Positions 45,742 through 53,978 of a stretch of 64,000 bases of DNA are shown one piece after another. Below the pieces are notes generated by a model. That model was not told the origin of the DNA. It worked only from the letters and a program-made list of their open reading frames with translations, and made no database searches. Every line of letters begins with the position of its first letter. Within the stretch, counting starts at the first letter, position 1. This DNA is from Burkholderiales bacterium (GTDB lineage: Bacteria > Pseudomonadota > Gammaproteobacteria > Burkholderiales > SG8-41), in assembly GCA_030683105.1 (NCBI GenBank), contig JAUXMZ010000008.1:4268-68267 (forward strand), given 5' to 3'. The translations under genes were made by a program, and so were the position numbers.

Positions 45742-48684
45742 TCAGCGCTCCCAGGCAGGCGCGCCGCCGGGTTCGATGCCGTATTGCTTCATCGCTTTGG
45801 ACACGGTAGTCCGCGGCACACTGCTTTCATCTGCAAGCGCGCTCAACGCGGCGATGACCACGTGCGCGGCGCTGACCGCGAAGAAATCGCGCAATGCCGC
45901 GCGCGTATCGCTGCGGCCGAAGCCGTCGGTGCCCAACGTCACATAACGGCGCGGCACATAAGGCCGGATCAGGTCCGGCACGGCGCTCACATAATCGCTG
46001 GCGGCGATGACGGGCCCGGCCGTATCTGCAAGGCATTGTCCTACATAGCTCGTACGCGGTTTGGCTGCGGGACTGCGGCGATTGTGGTGCTCGACCGCCA
46101 TGCCGTCGCGCCTGAGTTCGGTGAAACTGGTGACGCTCCACACATCCGCCGCCACGCCCCAATCCTTTTCCAGCATTTCGGCCGCGGCGATGACTTCGCG
46201 CAGGATGGTGCCGCTGCCCAATAGCTGCACGCCCGCCTCCCGCCTCCCGCCTCCCGCCTCCCTATACGGATACATGCCGCGCAGAATGCCTTCGATCACA
46301 TGTTGGCGCGTCTGTGAAGCCTCGCGCGACGAATCTCCCCTCTCCTGCGCATTAGCGTGGGAGAGGCGCGCCGGAGCGTGGAGCAGGGGCCCCTCCTTTG
46401 GGGATGCGACCGCAGAGGTGCGCATAAGCACGCGGGGATCCGGCGCGCTGCATCCCTCTGCGGGGTCGCATCCATCGCCCAAGGCCGACGGAACCTGCTC
46501 CGCCCTCCGCGGGCTCGGGGGAGAGGGCTCGCCGGGCAGTGCCGGATGGACGTAGTTCTCGTTCATCACCGTTATGTAATAGAACGCGTCCTCCTGTTCT
46601 TCCAGCATGCGGCGCATGCCGTCCTGCACGATCACCACCAGCTCATAGCCGAAACACGGATCGTAAGCGCGGCAGGTCGGAATCGTGGACGCGATCAGGT
46701 GGCTCGAGCCATCCTGGTGCTGCAGACCCTCGCCCGAGAGCGTGGTGCGGCCGGCGGTCGCGCCCAGCAAAAAGCCGCGCGAGCGCATATCGGCCGCCGC
46801 CCAGATCAGGTCGCCGATGCGCTGAAAGCCGAAGATCGAATAAAAAATATAGAACGGCAGCATGGGCGTGCCATGCGCCGAGTAGGCGGTCGCCGCCGCG
46901 AGCCACGATGAAATCGCGCCGGCTTCGGTGATGCCCTCCTCGAGTATCTGGCCGTCCTTCGCCTCCTTGTAGTACAGCAGTTCGTCGCGGTCCTCGGGTT
47001 CATAGAGCTGGCCGACCGCGGAGTAGATCGCAACCTGGCGGAACAACGCCTGCATGCCGAAGGTGCGCGCCTCGTCGGCGACGATAGGCACGATGCGCCT
47101 GCCTATGGCCGGATCCTTCAGCAGTTGCGACAGCAGACTGACGAACACCATGGTGGTCGACTGCTGGCGAGCGCCCGAGCCCTGCAGCGTTTTCGTAAAA
47201 CTCGACAGCGCCGGCACTTTCAGTTTCGGCGCCGTAGTCAGGCGCACCGGCAGATGACCGCCCAACGCCTTGCGGCGTGCATGCAGGTACTTGATTTCAG
47301 CACTGCTGTCGTCGGGCTTGTAGAAACGCAGCGCGCACACGTCCTGATCAGACAGCGGCAGCGAGAAGCGGTCACGGAAGGCGATCAGCGCCTCGTCTTC
47401 GAACTTCTTCGCCTGGTGCGAGGTCATTTTGCCCTGCCCCCAGTGCCCCATGCCATAGCCTTTCTTGGTCTGCGCCAGAATCACCGTGGGCTGGCCCTTG
47501 TGGTTCAGCGCGGCATTATAGGCGGAGTAAATCTTGACCGGGTCATGCCCGCCGCGGCGCAGGCGGTCGATGTCCTCGTCCGAGAGATGCGCCACCAGCT
47601 GCTGCAGTTCGGGATACTTGTTGAAGAAATTCTCGCGGTTGAAGCGGCCGTCGGTCGCCGCATACTTCTGGAACTCCCCATCCACCGTCTCGTGCAGGCG
47701 CTCGAGCAACACGCCGTCGTGATCGCGCGCGAACAACGGGTCCCAGTCCGAGCCCCACAACAGCTTGATCACGTTCCAGCCGGCGCCGGCAAACAGCCCT
47801 TCGAGTTCCTGGATCACCGAACTGTTGCCGCGCACCGGGCCGTCCAGCCGCTGCAGATTGCAGTTGACGACGAAAATCAGGTTGTCGAGCCGCTCGCGCG
47901 CCGCGAACGCGAGGCCCGCGAGTGCCTCGGGCTCGTCCATCTCGCCGTCGCCGACGAACGCCCACACTTTGCGGCCCGCAGTCTCAAGGATGCTGCGGTT
48001 TTCGAGATAGCGCATGAAACGCGCCTGATAGATCGCGTTGATCGGACCCAGCCCCATGGAGGCGCACGCAAACTGCCAGAAGTCCGGCAGCAGCCACGGA
48101 TGCGGATAGGAGCTCAACCCCCTGCCGCCGGTCTCGCGCCGGTAGTGGGCGAGATGCGCCTCGTCCAGCCTGCCTTCGAGAAACGCTCGCGCGTAGACGC
48201 CGGTCGCCGCGTGCGGCTGGAAATAGATCACGTCCCCGCCGCGCTCGGCGGCACGGTCACCATGCGCCGCGCGGAAAAAATGATTGAAGCCGACTTCAAA
48301 CAGATCAGCGATCGACGCGTAGGTGGCAATATGCCCGCCCAGATCGGGATGCTCACGGTTGGCGCGCGCCACCATGGCCAGCGCATTCCAGCGCACCAGC
48401 GCGATCAGCCGCGCTTCAAGGTCGGCATTGCCGGGAAACTGCGGCTGGTCTTCGAGTGAAACGGTGTTGCGGTACGGCGTATTGACCACCGAAGGCAGCG
48501 GCACGCGCTGCTGGCGCGCGTGATCGAGCAGCCGCTTCAACACGAAGGTGGCGCGCTCGCGGCCTTCACTCTCGACTATGGCATCGAGCGCGTCCAGCCA
48601 CTCGCGGGTTTCGATGGGATCGGGATCGGCGGCGCGCGAGGCCGGCTCCCTCGGGGTCTGCTGATATTGCGACATATCGGTCAT
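45742..48684 (-). CDS. aceE: Pyruvate dehydrogenase E1 component (homodimeric AceE type) carrying a ~72-aa in-frame insertion
   Basis: Collinear with my recollection of E. coli AceE (DPIETREWL..., GTDGFGRSD...) except for the insert. Start set at MTDMSQYQ. The ORF-track ATG at 48705 directly abuts repeat R7. Confidence 0.9.
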   Translation of the reverse strand: MTDMSQYQQTPREPASRAADPDPIETREWLDALDAIVESEGRERATFVLKRLLDHARQQRVPLPSVVNTPYRNTVSLEDQPQFPGNADLEARLIALVRWNALAMVARANREHPDLGGHIATYASIADLFEVGFNHFFRAAHGDRAAERGGDVIYFQPHAATGVYARAFLEGRLDEAHLAHYRRETGGRGLSSYPHPWLLPDFWQFACASMGLGPINAIYQARFMRYLENRSILETAGRKVWAFVGDGEMDEPEALAGLAFAARERLDNLIFVVNCNLQRLDGPVRGNSSVIQELEGLFAGAGWNVIKLLWGSDWDPLFARDHDGVLLERLHETVDGEFQKYAATDGRFNRENFFNKYPELQQLVAHLSDEDIDRLRRGGHDPVKIYSAYNAALNHKGQPTVILAQTKKGYGMGHWGQGKMTSHQAKKFEDEALIAFRDRFSLPLSDQDVCALRFYKPDDSSAEIKYLHARRKALGGHLPVRLTTAPKLKVPALSSFTKTLQGSGARQQSTTMVFVSLLSQLLKDPAIGRRIVPIVADEARTFGMQALFRQVAIYSAVGQLYEPEDRDELLYYKEAKDGQILEEGITEAGAISSWLAAATAYSAHGTPMLPFYIFYSIFGFQRIGDLIWAAADMRSRGFLLGATAGRTTLSGEGLQHQDGSSHLIASTIPTCRAYDPCFGYELVVIVQDGMRRMLEEQEDAFYYITVMNENYVHPALPGEPSPPSPRRAEQVPSALGDGCDPAEGCSAPDPRVLMRTSAVASPKEGPLLHAPARLSHANAQERGDSSREASQTRQHVIEGILRGMYPYREAGGGRREAGVQLLGSGTILREVIAAAEMLEKDWGVAADVWSVTSFTELRRDGMAVEHHNRRSPAAKPRTSYVGQCLADTAGPVIAASDYVSAVPDLIRPYVPRRYVTLGTDGFGRSDTRAALRDFFAVSAAHVVIAALSALADESSVPRTTVSKAMKQYGIEPGGAPAWER
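46234..46261. repeat. Tandem heptamer CGCCTCC x4 inside the aceE coding sequence
   Basis: cgcctcc repeated four times. On the coding strand it encodes REAGGGRREAG in a loop that differs from E. coli AceE. Confidence 0.9.
46311..46526. repeat. Palindrome-rich ~216-nt segment inserted in frame in aceE
   Basis: Nested inverted repeats: TCTCCCCTCTCC/GGGAGAGG, GGATGCGACCGCAGAGG/CCTCTGCGGGGTCGCATCC and GAGCAGG/CCTGCTC. Translates to the low-complexity PSPPSPRRAEQ...SSREASQ, which is absent from E. coli AceE. Confidence 0.7.
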
Positions 48685-48705
48685 GGCATTTCTTTCCTGA
48701 TCCAT

Positions 48706-48915
48706 AGAAGTTGTCTCAACAATATTTAAAACCTAATGAAACCGCCGATAGACGCCGATGAATGCCGATGACCATCAAGACCAAAAAATACACAGCACAG
48801 TTTATAAACATAATGCATTGTTTTATATAATATTTATTGTCTACGGTCACGGTGCCAAGCGGATTTATCGGCGTTCATCGGCGGTTAATGCTTTGGTTTT
48901 TAAGACAGGTTCAAG
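48706..48915. repeat. Composite repeat copy R7 (GCCGATGAAC-armed; core inverted relative to R1)
   Basis: Ends are collinear with R1 (AGAAGTTGTCTCAA...AAAACCTAATGAAACCGCCGATAGACGCCGATGAATGCCGATGA and TTATCGGCGTTCATCGGCGGTTAATGCTTTGGTTTTTAAGAC). The core at 48808-48859 matches the reverse complement of 34191-34245. Confidence 0.85.
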
Positions 48916-49018
48916 AGATCATGATAGGCAGTTCGCGGACGCACGGGATTTTGTTTTTGGGTAGAATAGGCCGTTAAATCAACAGATCATGCTGTTTTTT
49001 ATATTTTATAAAAATAAT

Positions 49019-49489
49019 ATGCCTGATTTAAAGCTTGACCGGATAGATCATAAAATCCTCGATTCACTGCAGAACGATGCCCGCATCACCAACGTCGAAC
49101 TCGCGAAAAAGGCGGGGCTGTCACCCTCGCCCTGCCTGCAGCGCGTGCGTGCGCTGGAAAAAAGCGGCCTGATCAGCCGCTACGTGACGCTGCTTAACCC
49201 GCTGGCGCTCGGGCTCACGGTCAGCGTGTTCATTCAGGTCAGCCTGGAAAAGCAGGTCGAGCGCGCGCTCGAAGTGTTCGAGAAAGCGATCCAGTCGCGG
49301 CCTGAAGTGATGGAATGCTACCTGATGACGGGAGACGCGGATTATCTGCTGCGCGTCGTGGTGCCCGACGTGCAGTCGCTAGAGCGCTTCATCGTCAACT
49401 ATCTGTCGAAAATTCCCGGCATCGCCAGCATCAAATCGAGCTTTTCGCTGAAGCAGGTCAAATACAAGACGGCGCTGCCGCTCGCCTGA
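49019..49489 (+). CDS. lrp: Lrp/AsnC-family transcriptional regulator
   Basis: [47 protein letters not shown] aligns with the E. coli Lrp HTH as I recall it. Start set at ATG 49019. Confidence 0.85.
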   Translation: MPDLKLDRIDHKILDSLQNDARITNVELAKKAGLSPSPCLQRVRALEKSGLISRYVTLLNPLALGLTVSVFIQVSLEKQVERALEVFEKAIQSRPEVMECYLMTGDADYLLRVVVPDVQSLERFIVNYLSKIPGIASIKSSFSLKQVKYKTALPLA

Positions 49490-49493
49490 CTGC

Positions 49494-50477
49494 TCAGCTT
49501 ACTTTCCACGGCCGCAGGTAATCGAGCCGGTCGGCGGAATGCACGATGACGTGCTTCACGGTTTTATCGTGCAGCACATGCAATGTGATATCGGCGCCCG
49601 CCTCGCCGCTTGCCCATAGCCTCTGATAGAACTCGCCCTGATCACCTATGGCCTGACCGCCCACGCCCAGGATGACATCACCCCGGTGCAGTCCTGCCAG
49701 CTCAGCCGGCGACTCCGGCAGGACGCCGGTCACGGCAAGATGTCCTTCGATCGCTTCGGAATACACGCCCAGCCAGGGACGCGCCGGCCCACGGCGGCGC
49801 CCGGTCGCGACAAGATCGTCGAGCACCGGTTTGAGCAGGTCGATGGGCACGAACATGTTGCCGGGAAAGGCAACGCCCGCGTCGACTGAGTCGCCCACCC
49901 ACAGCGAGCCGATGCCGGCCAACCCGCCTGTGGCATCGATCAGCGCCGCGCCACTGTGCTCGCCGCGCGGTGGGGCTGCAAAAATCGCATCCTCGAGCAT
50001 GTATTCCCACCAACCGGTGAAGCGCCGCCGGGACACGACGCAGGCACGCGAGCAACCACCGGCGCCCGGATGCGTGGCGACCGACACGCTGTGCAATTCC
50101 TCGACTGCAGACGAATCGCCCAAGACCAACGGTTGGCTCGCCACCTGCGGCTGGCTTCTGAGCAGGCCGAACCCCGTGGCATGATCGAATCCGGCCACGG
50201 TCGCCGGAAACACGCGGCCGTCGCGCGTCACCACCAGAATCGATGCCGCTTCAAGGATCAAATACCCGATGGTAAGGATGAGCCCGTCAGCGCCGATCAC
50301 CACACCCGTGCCCTCGCGCTCCGCGCCCAGGGTAGCCGCCGTGCGCGCGCCCGCTACCGCCTTGATGCTGAGCTTCACCACTGCATCCAGCTGCGCGTCA
50401 TCCACCTCCCCGCCCGGCGTCGGGCTGTAGGTGGCGCGCCACGCTGATAACGCCGCATTAAAAAAAGACACGGTCAT
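49494..50477 (-). CDS. Trypsin-like (S1C) peptidase domain plus PDZ domain protein, no signal peptide, catalytic triad possibly degenerate
   Basis: 327 aa. HSGAAL corresponds to the GNSGG serine motif. The expected TNxHV and DxAxL positions read TIGYL and GFGLL. The C-terminal PDZ-like block is GLHRGDVILGVGGQ. Confidence 0.7.
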   Translation of the reverse strand: MTVSFFNAALSAWRATYSPTPGGEVDDAQLDAVVKLSIKAVAGARTAATLGAEREGTGVVIGADGLILTIGYLILEAASILVVTRDGRVFPATVAGFDHATGFGLLRSQPQVASQPLVLGDSSAVEELHSVSVATHPGAGGCSRACVVSRRRFTGWWEYMLEDAIFAAPPRGEHSGAALIDATGGLAGIGSLWVGDSVDAGVAFPGNMFVPIDLLKPVLDDLVATGRRRGPARPWLGVYSEAIEGHLAVTGVLPESPAELAGLHRGDVILGVGGQAIGDQGEFYQRLWASGEAGADITLHVLHDKTVKHVIVHSADRLDYLRPWKVS

Positions 50478-50488
50478 GGGTAGATTCA

Positions 50489-50530
50489 GTGTTGAGTGTT
50501 GAGTGTTGAGTGTTGAGTGTTGAGTGTTGA
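50489..50530. repeat. Tandem heptamer GTGTTGA x6 between greB and the peptidase gene
   Basis: gtgttga repeated six times exactly, 11 nt upstream of the peptidase-like start codon. Confidence 0.95.
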
Positions 50531-50562
50531 GATCGGTCGCTCACGGGCTCGGCACTGGTCTG

Positions 50563-51123
50563 CTACGGAATTATTTTATCCGGAGTCTGGTAGCGCACAC
50601 TGATGATTTCAATTTCCTGCTCGCCTGCCGGTGTGTGCAGGATCACCGTATCCGCTTCTCGCTTGCCGAGCAGCGCCCGCGCAATCGGCGATACCCAGCT
50701 GACGTGGCCGCGGCCGGTGTCGACCTCGTCGGTGCCGACGATGGTGACCGTATGCTCCTCTCCCGCACCATCGGCCCAGGTCACGGTCGCGCCGAAATAG
50801 ACCCGGTCGCTCTCGCCCTGTGCCGCAGGATCGACCACCACCGCAAGCTCCAGACGCTTGCCCAGAAAATGTATCCGGCGATCGATTTCACGCAGGCGTT
50901 TCTTGCCGTAAATATAGTCGCCGTTCTCCGAGCGGTCGCCGTTGGACGCCGCCCACGAAATCACCTTGACCAATTCCGGGCGCTCGACATTGAGCAGATG
51001 CGTGAGTTCATGCTTGAGCCGCGCATGGCCGGTCGGGGTGATGTAATTTTTATCCCTGGCAGCCGGCGGCTCGTGCAACTTGGCCTTGCCAGTTGAAACC
51101 ACGCCTGATCTTGCTCGAGTCAC
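50563..51123 (-). CDS. greB: Transcription elongation factor GreB
   Basis: NYITPTGHARLKHELTHLL...GDRSENGDYIYGKKRLREIDRRIHFL matches the Gre coiled-coil and acidic tip. About 25-aa N-terminal extension. Confidence 0.85.
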   Translation of the reverse strand: MTRARSGVVSTGKAKLHEPPAARDKNYITPTGHARLKHELTHLLNVERPELVKVISWAASNGDRSENGDYIYGKKRLREIDRRIHFLGKRLELAVVVDPAAQGESDRVYFGATVTWADGAGEEHTVTIVGTDEVDTGRGHVSWVSPIARALLGKREADTVILHTPAGEQEIEIISVRYQTPDKIIP

Positions 51124-51267
51124 AGTCCTTATATTCCTTTATAATCATATACTTATGTAACGACAACCGCACCGCACTCTGATCGACTACCCCCATTTAT
51201 ACATTGTTGCGGAAAATTTCATCATATAAAATCCAGTCCACAACATAAAGCCTACAACATCCGCTTA

Positions 51268-52035
51268 GTGAAAGAAAAAACAACAAAATCCTCCATCCAG
51301 GTCATCGAACGCATGATGCACCTGCTCGATACGCTCGCCCAGCACAGTGCGCCGGTCAACCTGAAGCAACTCGCGCTCGAGACCGGGCTGCACCCGTCAA
51401 CCGCCCACCGTATTCTGGGCGTGATGGTGGACAACCGGCTGGTCGACCGCATCGAGCCCGGCACCTACCGTCTGGGAATACGACTGCTCGAACTCGGCTC
51501 CCTGGTCAAATCGCGCATCAGCGTGCGCCAGGAGGCCCTGCCCCATATGCAGATTCTGCACCAGTCCCTGGGCGAAACCATCAACCTGTCGGTGCGGCAC
51601 GCCGATGAAATGGTTTACATCGAGCGCACTGCCGCCGGCAGCTCTATGATGCGCGTGGTGCAGATCATAGGCGCCCGCGCCCCGCTGCACATCACCGCTG
51701 TCGGCAAGATATTTCTTGCGATGGACCTGCCGCAAAACATCACCGATTACATCAAACGCACCGGGCTCCCCAGGTTCACCGAGCACTCGCTGACGGATGC
51801 CGCAAGCCTGACTGGCGAACTCGAACGCATCCGCGAACAAGGCTATGCCTGCGACAATGAGGAAGCCGAAAAAGGCGTGTCGTGCATCGGCGCCGGCATC
51901 TACAATGACGAAGGCCGCCTGGTTGCGGGATTATCGGTATCCGCGCCGTCGGACCGGTTGAAAAAGGCGTGGGCGGCACAGGTCAAGCAAACCGCTGAAA
52001 ACATCTCGCATGCGATCGGGTATCGCGGGTGCTGA
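51268..52035 (+). CDS. IclR-family transcriptional regulator
   Basis: 255 aa. N-terminal winged HTH (SIQVIERMMHLLDTLA...LKQLALETGLHPSTAHRIL) and a C-terminal IclR effector domain. GTG start. Confidence 0.85.
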   Translation: MKEKTTKSSIQVIERMMHLLDTLAQHSAPVNLKQLALETGLHPSTAHRILGVMVDNRLVDRIEPGTYRLGIRLLELGSLVKSRISVRQEALPHMQILHQSLGETINLSVRHADEMVYIERTAAGSSMMRVVQIIGARAPLHITAVGKIFLAMDLPQNITDYIKRTGLPRFTEHSLTDAASLTGELERIREQGYACDNEEAEKGVSCIGAGIYNDEGRLVAGLSVSAPSDRLKKAWAAQVKQTAENISHAIGYRGC

Positions 52036-52574
52036 ACGAACATCTCGTCTTTCTCGATCTCGAAACCACCGGCTCCAGCGCCATCCGCGACCGCATCACC
52101 GAAATCGGTATAGTTGAAGTCAGGCAGGGGCGCGTACTCGGTGAGTGGGCTACGCTGGTCAACCCCGGAGTGGATATCCCCCCCATGATCCAGTCCCTGA
52201 CCGGCATCACCGACAAGATGGTGGCGCGCGCACCGCGCTTTTCTGATATCAGCGGCGAACTGCTCAAACGCATCGACGGCAAGCTGCTGGTCGCACACAA
52301 CGCCCGTTTTGACTATGGCTTCCTGCGCAACGAATTCGAGCGCATCGGCATACACTACATCTCGCGCGTGCTGTGCACGGTCAAGCTCTCGCGCCGGCTG
52401 TTCCCCCACCACCAGCGCCACAATCTCGATATCCTGATAGAACGCCATGGCATCACCTGCGATGCGCGACACCGCGCGCTGGGTGACGCACGGGTGCTGT
52501 GGCAGCTCACGCAATGCTGGCACCGCGAACTGGATGCCGCCACCATCGCCAGCGCGGCCGAACTCGCCGCTTGA
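52029..52574 (+). CDS. DEDDh 3'-5' exonuclease (DNA polymerase III epsilon-like)
   Basis: Exo motifs FLDLETTG, HNARFDYGFL and HRALGDA. Overlaps the IclR stop by 7 nt. Confidence 0.85.
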   Translation: MLNEHLVFLDLETTGSSAIRDRITEIGIVEVRQGRVLGEWATLVNPGVDIPPMIQSLTGITDKMVARAPRFSDISGELLKRIDGKLLVAHNARFDYGFLRNEFERIGIHYISRVLCTVKLSRRLFPHHQRHNLDILIERHGITCDARHRALGDARVLWQLTQCWHRELDAATIASAAELAA

Positions 52575-52607
52575 CAGCGCACGGCGCCGGGGTTTGCCCC
52601 GGCAAAG

Positions 52608-52934
52608 CCCTAAGAGCACATTTCAAAAAGACCCAGACCGATGTAACCGCCCGGCCCTCATCCCTGACCCTTCTCCCGGAAGGAGAAGGGGAACAATTGC
52701 CTCCTCTCTCCCTTTGGGAGAGAGGTCGGGAGAGAGGGATCGAACGCCGATAAACGCCGATGAAAAAGCAAATAGACAGGATTATCAGGATTTAACAAAA
52801 AACATTATATAAATCATGTAAATATTGTTAATTCTGTCTATAGTTTTCGCTCTTGATCTTATCCGCGTTTATCGGCGTTTATCGGCGTTTATCAGCGGCT
52901 GATTTATTTCATTTTGTTAGAGCTCTAAGGAGAG
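52608..52934. repeat. Composite repeat copy R8
   Basis: CCCTAAGAGCACATTTCAAAAAGACCCAGACCGATGTAACCGCCCGGCCCTCATCCCTGACCC...GGGAGAGAGGTCGGGAGAGAGGGATCGAACGCCGATAAACGCCGATGAA, then an AT-rich core, then four 10-mers (52861-52900), then GTTAGAGCTCTAAGG. Confidence 0.85.
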
Positions 52935-53034
52935 CGTCATCCTGGAACTACCGAAGCAAATTGTCCGCGTTACGCAGCGCCCCGACGGCATCGAACTGTA
53001 TTTCCCGCCGCTGCGCGCACCTGAAGTTGCAGTC

Positions 53035-53511
53035 TTGCTGGGAATGTTCGGCGGCGTATGCATTCTGCTGCCGCTGCTGGCGGTCTCCGCTCTGATGTCG
53101 TCCGGCGGCAGCGTAGCCTACGGGCTGCTGACCATCGCTTTGGCGGGCAGCTTTGTGGCGCCGTTTCCGGTTTTTGGCGCCGTGTTCGTTGCACTCGCCG
53201 TGTACTTGCTGGCCAACTCACTGACAGTCACCGCCAGCCCCGCGGCAATCCGCAGTGTGCGCAGCATATTCGGCATCTGCCTGCGCCGGCGCGAAATCAA
53301 GCGCGAAGATATCGCCGCTATCGAAGACCGGATTGCGGCCAAATATCAGAGCCTGTTCAGCGCCGCACCGCAGTTCCAGCTTATCGCGCGCCACGCCACG
53401 CAGCCCAAATTGAGCGTGGTGGTCGCCGAAAACCTGGCGGGAGAAGCCATGATGGCGCAGGTTCGCGACCTGATCGCCGGCCATGCCGGAGTGGATGTCC
53501 GGCGCGAGTAA
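53035..53511 (+). CDS. Hypothetical two- or three-TM membrane protein; true start may lie upstream at 52939-52942
   Basis: 158-aa ORF from TTG. The same frame is open back to TAG at 52918 and reads ILELPKQIVRVTQRPDGIELYFPPLRAPEVA, preceded by AAGGAG (52927-52932). Confidence 0.55.
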   Translation: MLGMFGGVCILLPLLAVSALMSSGGSVAYGLLTIALAGSFVAPFPVFGAVFVALAVYLLANSLTVTASPAAIRSVRSIFGICLRRREIKREDIAAIEDRIAAKYQSLFSAAPQFQLIARHATQPKLSVVVAENLAGEAMMAQVRDLIAGHAGVDVRRE

Positions 53512-53523
53512 TTAAATGCTTGC

Positions 53524-53629
53524 AACAAGACCAAACACATTAACCACCGATGAATTCTTTTCAATACCTTCTTTTCAACACCCGCTCGACGGGTGCGCTT
53601 GACGGGTACGCCGATATACTGGTCTTGTT
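53524..53629. repeat. Partial repeat copy R9 (hairpin module) between convergent genes
   Basis: 53546-53616 matches 34112-34182 with only a few mismatches (GATGAATTCTTTT.AATACCTTCTTTTCAACACCCGCTCGACGGGTGCGCTTGACGGGTACGCCGAT). Flanked by the 10-bp inverted repeat AACAAGACCA/TGGTCTTGTT. Confidence 0.8.
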
Positions 53630-53644
53630 CTTTCGACCCGCGCG

Positions 53645-53878
53645 TCAGTGATAGACCACCGGCACCGTGAGCAGGACGTCGAAACTGCCGAGAAACTCGT
53701 CGATATGTTCGACGGACGGATCTTCGGCGATCACCGCATTCATCGATTGCGCAAACTTCTCTGCCATGTCTCCGGAAAAGAAGGTGCCGCGCGAGGCCAG
53801 TTTATCGACCAACTCCAGGCCCTGCCCTGCCGCATATTCGGCGACCCAGTAGTTGTCGCTGTTGTAGACTATGTTCAT
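53645..53878 (-). CDS. DUF3567-family small protein
   Basis: 77 aa. MNIVYNSDNYWVAEY...IDEFLGSFDVLLTVPVVYH matches the DUF3567 pattern as I recall it. Confidence 0.7.
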   Translation of the reverse strand: MNIVYNSDNYWVAEYAAGQGLELVDKLASRGTFFSGDMAEKFAQSMNAVIAEDPSVEHIDEFLGSFDVLLTVPVVYH

Positions 53879-53978
53879 ATAAATTTCCGCCTGTATCGAT
53901 TAACGCGCCGCACCCACTTTCGCTGACAGCCTGTTTACGCTGCCGCAATAACGGTTCGCCAAACCAATATGGGGCGGA

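Noticed and set aside
46311-46526. The aceE insertion considered as an intein.
   Set aside because: It is only about 72 aa and low in complexity. It lacks an N-terminal Cys/Ser block and a C-terminal His-Asn plus nucleophile. The DNA is palindromic and repeat-like.
52586-52603. The GCCGGGG-TTTG-CCCCGGC hairpin after the exonuclease gene, considered as an intrinsic terminator.
   Set aside because: The stem is perfect but no T-tract follows; it runs straight into repeat R8. It is not reported as a feature.
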